Origin: an uncultured virus (IMG/VR IMGVR_UViG_3300023227_000005)
Lineage: Duplodnaviria > Heunggongvirae > Uroviricota > Caudoviricetes
Length of the DNA: 20,000 nucleotides
Reading direction: 5' to 3' (one strand)
IMG/VR virus record: IMGVR_UViG_3300023227_000005
In this document: in pieces, positions 15,415 through 20,000 of the stretch
Numbering within the stretch: the stretch's first letter is position 1
How the letters are laid out: each line of letters opens with the position of its first letter
Notes under the pieces: generated by a model
Told to the model about the DNA's origin: nothing
What the model saw: only the letters and a program-made list of their open reading frames with translations
Database searches by the model: none
Translations under genes and position numbers: made by a program

Positions 15415-15659
15415 AGTCCCATCTTCTTCATCCATTTCGCCCCAACCTCCACTCTAACGGTAGAGTTGACGTATCTCATGTTAGACCAGCCCTTCTTGCT
15501 GTAAGCAGAGGGGTGCCAAATGCGAGTACCTCCCAAGGTCTGATAATGAAAACTATCCCCAACCAGTTTAGGACAGGAGTTACCCTCTACAACCTCTACA
15601 GGGGTGGAAACGTGAGAATTTGCGATTGTGCGAACTAGTCGTCTTGTTTGAATCTTCAT
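15402..15659 (-). CDS. Hypothetical basic protein (85 aa)
   Basis: AGGA SD; IWHPSAYSKKGWSNMRY segment; stop codon lies inside a family-B palindrome. Confidence 0.75.
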   Translation of the reverse strand: MKIQTRRLVRTIANSHVSTPVEVVEGNSCPKLVGDSFHYQTLGGTRIWHPSAYSKKGWSNMRYVNSTVRVEVGAKWMKKMGLVSK

Positions 15660-15676
15660 GGTATTCCTAGGTGTTG

Positions 15677-15693
15677 TGTCTCATTTTGAGACG
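15677..15693. repeat. Family B palindrome
   Basis: TGTCTCATTTTGAGACG. Confidence 0.75.
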
Positions 15694-15761
15694 ATTAGAC
15701 AATATGCCAATTCTCGCTGACTACCACGGTATCGGCATCTGGAGTGATCGGGTGAGACATC

Positions 15762-15789
15762 ATTATACCAGCATCGCCTGATTTGTCAA
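15762..15789 (-). promoter_or_regulatory. Sigma70-like promoter TTGACA-N16-TATAAT
   Basis: Perfect hexamers with TGG extension. Confidence 0.8.
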
Positions 15790-15811
15790 GAGGCAAAACG
15801 AAAATAAAAGA

Positions 15812-15850
15812 TGCTTAATAAATAGGCAGTCAGTGCCCAATAAATAGGCA
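15812..15850. repeat. Two family A palindromes
   Basis: TGCTTAATAAATAGGCA 15812-15828; TGCCCAATAAATAGGCA 15834-15850. Confidence 0.75.
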
Positions 15851-15913
15851 ACCCCCCAGCAGTTAATCATGGCCATAACAATAAACGACACGCTGTAAAA
15901 ATATCGCAAATCT

Positions 15914-16001
15914 CGCTAGCTACCAGGGTATCCGCATCTGGAACTATTAGCTGCAACAAATAACTCAAAAACCGCTAGCTACCAGGGTATCCGAATCTGG
16001 A
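15914..16001. repeat. Two 29-bp direct repeats CGCTAGCTACCAGGGTATCCGMATCTGGA separated by 30 bp; degenerate third copy at 15715-15743
   Basis: 15914-15942 and 15973-16001 differ at one position. Confidence 0.85.
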
Positions 16002-16085
16002 TGGATGGGGCGCGCCACCGGGGGGAGGCGGCACCCCATCAGAGGGGAGGGTGGGTATCAAACCCCCCATCAGAAAGCTCAGGCC

Positions 16086-16115
16086 AAAAAAAACCGCATC
16101 GCTTTCGCGACACGG
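16086..16115 (-). terminator. Intrinsic terminator downstream of the DUF932 gene
   Basis: CCGTGTCGC-GAAA-GCGATGCGG followed by T8. Confidence 0.8.
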
Positions 16116-16152
16116 GAAATTTTGAGGAAATTCGGGGTTTCCCCCTTGACAC

Positions 16153-17043
16153 CTAGGCCGACAGAGTCAGGGCCAAACGCTCAGCCGCCTTAACTTCTGG
16201 CGATTCAACCGCTTTCAATTCGCGGTCAAACGTCGTCGTTGCCGCCCCCCGCACCGACCTTTTGTGCTGCGTGAACCCCTGGACGGCGTTGTACGCTTCC
16301 CAAACCGAAACGTCTTCGCTTCCCATATTGAACGCGGGGCGTCCTGATCGGGCTTGCTCGTCAAGAACACGCCTCATGATCGTCTCAGTACGGTTCGTGT
16401 GACGTGTCAATGCCGAACCAGTCAACTCAGTCGGTTCCCCGTAGATGGACGTTAGGAACGAAGCTAGGGACGTTCTCGACGATTCCATCCGTTGGACGGT
16501 TTCGCCTAAGGTTTCCCACCCTTCCCGCAATCCGGTCAACTGCGATTTCAGTTGTTCCAAGTTGTCCCGCAAATTTCCGTTGTGGCGGAAACTGACCGAC
16601 GTTCCCCGTACACTTCGCAGCATCGACATATTGCGGCAAAGGTCGCGAAACCATCCGAGGGAGAAGTGGAACGAAGTTCCGTTGTATCCCGCCGAAATTT
16701 GTAAACGGGGGAAGATATTGTCTTTGGTCCCGTAGATCGCGATTCGCTCATCTTTGGTCGGTGCAAGGTCAACATAGTGACCCTTGCGAAAGTGACAACG
16801 GGGCGAACATTCCCCGAACACGTCTTGGGCCGATTCGACCAGGGCCAAAACGTCATCCGTTGTATGCGGTTGATAGTCCGCACTGACAGACTTGTCGTGA
16901 ACGGGTTCCTGCGTGTCGTCGCGAAGCAGGGCGTAGAACCCCTTCACTTGCTTGCCGTCAAAAGACAGTGGGAAGCGATTCACCTCAAAATTGAATTCAG
17001 CGGCGACGGTTTCGAGAATGCTAGTGTTGGTTTGGGTCGACAT
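16153..17043 (-). CDS. DUF932/DUF945-family phage/plasmid protein
   Basis: VSADYQPH, SAGYNGTS, RDLCRN, FRHNG and VWEAYNAVQGFTQH motifs. Confidence 0.8.
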   Translation of the reverse strand: MSTQTNTSILETVAAEFNFEVNRFPLSFDGKQVKGFYALLRDDTQEPVHDKSVSADYQPHTTDDVLALVESAQDVFGECSPRCHFRKGHYVDLAPTKDERIAIYGTKDNIFPRLQISAGYNGTSFHFSLGWFRDLCRNMSMLRSVRGTSVSFRHNGNLRDNLEQLKSQLTGLREGWETLGETVQRMESSRTSLASFLTSIYGEPTELTGSALTRHTNRTETIMRRVLDEQARSGRPAFNMGSEDVSVWEAYNAVQGFTQHKRSVRGAATTTFDRELKAVESPEVKAAERLALTLSA

Positions 17044-17082
17044 AGTGTTGATTCCTAAGGTGGTGGCGATTAGTATGTCATC

Positions 17083-17110
17083 AGTATAGCGGATGACGGA
17101 CAGTTGTCAA
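17083..17110 (-). promoter_or_regulatory. Sigma70-like promoter TTGACA-N16-TATACT
   Basis: Upstream of the DUF932 gene. Confidence 0.75.
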
Positions 17111-17143
17111 GGGCAGTTTGCTAAAAGAGTTAGAAAGTTTTTC

Positions 17144-17173
17144 TTAAACCCTCTTGCGTCCTTCCCTCTTCAT
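17144..17173 (-). other. Leaderless 9-aa micro-ORF MKREGRKRV
   Basis: ATG 6 nt after TATAAT of promoter 17180-17207. Confidence 0.35.
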
Positions 17174-17179
17174 GCCCCA

Positions 17180-17207
17180 ATTATAGCACGGGATTGCTTA
17201 TTGTCAA
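17180..17207 (-). promoter_or_regulatory. Sigma70-like promoter TTGACA-N16-TATAAT
   Basis: Perfect hexamers; TGC extension; TGGGGC-ATG downstream. Confidence 0.8.
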
Positions 17208-17273
17208 GAGCTATCGCCTAAAAGATCCAGAAACATTTCCTTAAACTATTTATCAGAATTCCCGTTTTCCCCC

Positions 17274-17302
17274 TTGACGCCGCCCCACAACTATGGTATA
17301 AT
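17274..17302 (+). promoter_or_regulatory. Antisense-oriented promoter TTGACG-N17-TATAAT
   Basis: TATGGTATAATTTTACGGG context shared with 19872-19900. Confidence 0.7.
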
Positions 17303-17395
17303 TTTACGGGGTAGCTTTGGCTGAAACGTCCTCCCTCAGCATATTACCATTGTACCAAAAAAGGGCTCACCGCAAGCGGCAAACCCATAAAATTG

Positions 17396-17461
17396 TCAGA
17401 AGCCGTTATCTAAACCATCGACGGCAAAATAGATAACAACCACGATCACGATTAACGCCAT
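17396..17461 (-). CDS. Possible 21-aa single-TM peptide, or a frameshifted gene starting at ATG 17475
   Basis: MALIVIVVVIYFAVDGLDNGF*; preceded by AAGGA SD and MSKS* with TAATG coupling. Confidence 0.35.
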   Translation of the reverse strand: MALIVIVVVIYFAVDGLDNGF

Positions 17462-17521
17462 TAACTTTTACTCATTGGTTTTTCCTTAGGGGTAAGAGTA
17501 TAGGGGTAGTGCCAGATCGTC

Positions 17522-17550
17522 ATTGTAAGCCCGTTTCGCCTACGCGTCAA
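17522..17550 (-). promoter_or_regulatory. Promoter TTGACG-N17-TACAAT
   Basis: Near-consensus hexamers. Confidence 0.55.
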
Positions 17551-17557
17551 GGAGGTT

Positions 17558-17713
17558 CTATAAAGAAGCCTCAACTTTTTCAAAACTAAAAACCTTTGAG
17601 GCTTTCTTTTTATCCACTGCGATAACGTAGTCGCTATGGATGGAAACGACAGCAACTAGGTTGCCGTCGATCTTAATGGAGCTGCCCATTTTTAAAAGTG
17701 GGGTTTGTGTCAT
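17558..17713 (-). CDS. Hypothetical protein (51 aa)
   Basis: MTQTPLLKMGSSIKIDGNLVAVVSIHSDYVIAVDKKKASKVFSFEKVEASL*; own promoter upstream. Confidence 0.65.
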   Translation of the reverse strand: MTQTPLLKMGSSIKIDGNLVAVVSIHSDYVIAVDKKKASKVFSFEKVEASL

Positions 17714-17722
17714 CTTTTCCTC

Positions 17723-17751
17723 ATTGTAGAGAAAACATCGGCGATGGTCAA
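17723..17751 (-). promoter_or_regulatory. Promoter TTGACC-N17-TACAAT
   Basis: Immediately upstream of the 51-aa ORF. Confidence 0.55.
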
Positions 17752-17754
17752 GAC

Positions 17755-17994
17755 CTAATAATCTTCGTCGTCAATATCTTCGGGGTTGTCAAATCCCCCA
17801 TAGTGGGGGTGCAAGCCGGATGCTTGGTTTTTGTTGTATCGGTCACGATCAGGGTCATAACCATCGGGACAAGCTTCGTCAAGCCCGATCCTCAGTCCTT
17901 CTTTGTCCATCACGTCTACGCCGTTAAACGTCGTGTTGATTGACTCATTGGTGGTGTCGCCTACGGATGCCAAGAATTCTTCTGTGGTTTGCAT
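17755..17994 (-). CDS. Hypothetical acidic protein (79 aa)
   Basis: Own promoter and AAGGA SD. Confidence 0.75.
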   Translation of the reverse strand: MQTTEEFLASVGDTTNESINTTFNGVDVMDKEGLRIGLDEACPDGYDPDRDRYNKNQASGLHPHYGGFDNPEDIDDEDY

Positions 17995-18033
17995 AGTCTC
18001 GCGTTCCTTAGTGGTCTTCGTTAGTATGCCCCA

Positions 18034-18061
18034 ATTATACTCGATTCGCTCATTATGTCAA
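18034..18061 (-). promoter_or_regulatory. Sigma70-like promoter TTGACA-N16-TATAAT
   Basis: Perfect hexamers; TGGGGC-ATA downstream. Confidence 0.8.
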
Positions 18062-18166
18062 GGGGGTCAAGGTTAGTTTCACGAATTATTTTAGCAAACG
18101 AAAAAAGAGCCGAACCACCCGAAAGCGGAACGACCCCCCAAGGCACTACCCTTATAGAGGTAGGGC

Positions 18167-18871
18167 CTAGGCCAGTACGGGGAGAACGAAACCCGTTTCA
18201 TCTTTTTTGCCGAAACCCTTCGCAGAAAGGGCACCGACATGACCACCTGGGGGGTCTAAGAATCTCAGATCGTCGTCATCTGCGGAGTAGGTTGGAAACC
18301 CCTCCCAAGAGGTAGGGAATTCCTTGCCGTCGAAAACTGCCGCGACATTATGCCGCCCACCTTCGAGAACACGCAAGCAATCCGCTTGATTGGTTTCACT
18401 TCGCGAGAATGTCAAGTGATAATTTTCGGGAAGCGACCACGACGACAAACAACGTTTGACGTGTTTGGTATAGTCGTAAAACTTGAAACTGTCAAATTTT
18501 GTGAACAATTCGGGCCATCGTTTTTCCCATATCAGATCCGAAGTGCCGTTCATGCGGACAGCGCTCATTTTGCCAAGCTTATCACACCGTTTGGCAAACG
18601 CGGTCAACTCAGTCTCAATTTGAGACTTGAAAGCCTTACGGTCCGCAAACCACATTTTGGTGCGACGAATTCGGGCAGCTTGCGTGCTATTCATGCGACC
18701 ACGGCCCGCAGTGTTAAGGCAAGCTGCGATACAACCGGCAGACGCCGACGCACAAACATTGTGACCCGAAACGCTAGCAGGGGCTAAGTGAAGGATAAGG
18801 GTCTCAACACCCCCCTTGCGATTTGACTTTGCGATTTTGGCATTGGATTCGCCTTTGGTTAACAACTTCAT
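18167..18871 (-). CDS. GP88-family phage protein (Cys-motif, radical-SAM-like)
   Basis: NAKIAK, LHLAPA, NVCASASAGCIAACLNTAGRG, VRMNGTSDL, FYDYTK, NYHLTFSRSE, DDDDLRFLD, LSAKG. Confidence 0.8.
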   Translation of the reverse strand: MKLLTKGESNAKIAKSNRKGGVETLILHLAPASVSGHNVCASASAGCIAACLNTAGRGRMNSTQAARIRRTKMWFADRKAFKSQIETELTAFAKRCDKLGKMSAVRMNGTSDLIWEKRWPELFTKFDSFKFYDYTKHVKRCLSSWSLPENYHLTFSRSETNQADCLRVLEGGRHNVAAVFDGKEFPTSWEGFPTYSADDDDLRFLDPPGGHVGALSAKGFGKKDETGFVLPVLA

Positions 18872-18913
18872 CTTTTCGTTTCCTTCGTTGGTGGTGCCAA
18901 GTGTTATGCCCCT

Positions 18914-18941
18914 ATTATAGCGGGGCCAGCTAGTTTGTCAG
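18914..18941 (-). promoter_or_regulatory. Sigma70-like promoter CTGACA-N16-TATAAT
   Basis: AGGGGC-ATA downstream. Confidence 0.7.
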
Positions 18942-18949
18942 GGCCGTTT

Positions 18950-19150
18950 TCACGTTTTTCTGAAGATAAAATCAATGTCGCCCTTGATTTTACACACTTC
19001 GTGGCAATGGTTAACGACGTTGGATAGCAGGGTATCATAATCGCCACCCACTAGGGATAGAGAATCTGAGCCGCTATGGGTCTTGACTCCATTGGTCCAA
19101 ACGGACCAAGAAATTGATTTTGTGTGCATTGTGATAGTAATAGTGGACAT
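18950..19150 (-). CDS. Hypothetical protein (66 aa)
   Basis: Own promoter and AAGGGA SD. Confidence 0.7.
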   Translation of the reverse strand: MSTITITMHTKSISWSVWTNGVKTHSGSDSLSLVGGDYDTLLSNVVNHCHEVCKIKGDIDFIFRKT

Positions 19151-19188
19151 TGTTTTTTCCCTTAGTGGTTGACTGCCTTATGTCCCCA

Positions 19189-19216
19189 ATTATAACAGAT
19201 CATCCCATATTGTCAA
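19189..19216 (-). promoter_or_regulatory. Sigma70-like promoter TTGACA-N16-TATAAT
   Basis: Perfect hexamers; TGGGGAC-ATA downstream. Confidence 0.8.
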
Positions 19217-19263
19217 GAGCATATGGCTATTAAATAAAAAAGAAATAAAGGGCCGATTCCCCC

Positions 19264-19293
19264 TTGACACACCCACCCACAATATGGTATAAT
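19264..19293 (+). promoter_or_regulatory. Antisense-oriented promoter TTGACA-N18-TATAAT (TG-extended)
   Basis: AATATGGTATAATT context; no credible plus-strand gene follows. Confidence 0.65.
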
Positions 19294-19410
19294 TAACGTA
19301 TAGAGGCAAATTTTCGATTTTGAAAGTTAGGGTAAAACAAAAAAAAAGAAACGGGGGCAAAGTTGGGCGATTCTATCGCCACGGGGCATGGAGCCCCTTA
19401 AATTGCATCC

Positions 19411-19425
19411 GTCTCATTTTGAGAT
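19411..19425. repeat. Family B palindrome
   Basis: GTCTCATTTTGAGAT, directly at the stop of 19425..19757. Confidence 0.65.
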
Positions 19426-19757
19426 TATTCGTATTTTGCCGCTTGGTCATCCCAAGCCCCCTGATTGTAATTCTCGCAAGCAAGTTCCGCCAATTCGTCT
19501 TCCCACCTATTTTCAATCAGTTCTTCAGCCGCCGCGTCAAGGGCCACGAACACAATTTCGTTGGATTTGTTGCGAATAATTGTTTTCGTTCCGCCCAAAA
19601 ATTGCGTCACGCGAACCGAATCAAGTTCGGCCAATTCGTCACAACCTGGATCATCATACGTTTGACGTTCACCGGGGGTGAAAGTGTAGTCAATGTCAAC
19701 TTCTAGCGTCAAAACGCAATCTTCTTCCAATTCAATGCTGTATCCGAAACTCGACAT
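19425..19757 (-). CDS. Phage hypothetical acidic protein (110 aa)
   Basis: YTFTPGERQTYDDPGC motif; GGAG SD; own promoter. Confidence 0.8.
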   Translation of the reverse strand: MSSFGYSIELEEDCVLTLEVDIDYTFTPGERQTYDDPGCDELAELDSVRVTQFLGGTKTIIRNKSNEIVFVALDAAAEELIENRWEDELAELACENYNQGAWDDQAAKYE

Positions 19758-19796
19758 CTTGATTCTCCGTTGGTGGTGACTAACTTCTATGCTAGG

Positions 19797-19824
19797 ATTA
19801 TAGCAAACCTATCCACTACGTCAA
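19797..19824 (-). promoter_or_regulatory. Sigma70-like promoter TTGACG-N16-TATAAT
   Basis: TGC extension; CCTAGC-ATA downstream. Confidence 0.75.
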
Positions 19825-19871
19825 CCCCCAGGCTACTAAAAAGAAATATTTAATTATTGTCGAATTTGTAC

Positions 19872-19900
19872 TTGACAGCGTGCCCCGAATATGGTATAAT
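19872..19900 (+). promoter_or_regulatory. Antisense-oriented promoter TTGACA-N17-TATAAT
   Basis: Perfect consensus with TG extension. Confidence 0.75.
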
Positions 19901-19933
19901 TTTACGGGATTGGATTGGGTAATACTCGCCTCC

Positions 19934-19962
19934 ATTGTACCACAAAAGACCAGGGGCGTCAA
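19934..19962 (-). promoter_or_regulatory. Promoter TTGACG-N17-TACAAT facing 19872-19900
   Basis: Near-consensus; the two -10 boxes are 33 bp apart, head to head. Confidence 0.6.
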
Positions 19963-20000
19963 CCCCTGATCTTATCTTTTTCCATTATTTGCCTAGCTTG

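Noticed and set aside
15914..16001. Bona fide CRISPR array
   Set aside because: Only two adjacent repeats, no recognisable repeat class and no cas genes; kept as an unexplained repeat.
17499..18156. 15-bp inverted repeat GGCACTACCCYTATA at 17499-17513 and 18142-18156 as an invertible segment
   Set aside because: Short, one mismatch, no recombinase in the window, and genes between the sites keep the common orientation.
239..19706. Plus-strand ORFs in the track (e.g. 839..1336, 12650..13243, 18350..18787, 19320..19706)
   Set aside because: They are antisense shadows of better-supported minus-strand genes, without SD sites or recognisable motifs.
1..20000. Genome-wide stop-codon reassignment (TAG=Gln or TGA=Trp)
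   Set aside because: Long genes (cca, rlmN-like, DUF932, GP88) have no internal stops; TGA is used in many ATGA overlaps; TAG ends genes just before terminators or hairpins (16153, 18167) or overlaps the next SD (11292).
1..20000. tRNA or rRNA genes
   Set aside because: No cloverleaf or T-loop signature was recognised in the intergenic gaps; tRNAscan-SE or ARAGORN would be the decisive check.

Overview
The window looks like the accessory, probably early-gene, region of a large dsDNA bacteriophage; the host cannot be determined from the sequence. About 50 mostly small genes lie almost entirely on the minus strand. They are tightly packed on the left and break into single-gene promoter cassettes on the right. 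Recognisable genes are a partial Rnl5/DRB0094-type RNA ligase, a NADAR hydrolase, a multifunctional CCA-adding enzyme with HD domain, a SprT-like metalloprotease, an RlmN/Cfr-family radical-SAM RNA methyltransferase, a stand-alone S3-like KH protein, an Rmf/CrpP-like protein, a DUF932 protein and a GP88-family protein. An IS200/IS605 element (11499-12877; intact tnpB, internally deleted divergent tnpA, TTGAT target motif) splits a 110-aa phage gene whose frame is restored exactly when the element is removed. Non-coding structure includes 14 sigma70-like promoters that all have a 16-bp spacer, three antisense promoters, two families of 17-bp palindromic operator-like sites, a 29-bp repeat family and leaderless micro-ORFs. 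Four otherwise well-placed genes each carry a single in-frame TAG or TGA. All family calls come from motif recognition by eye; no database search was run.
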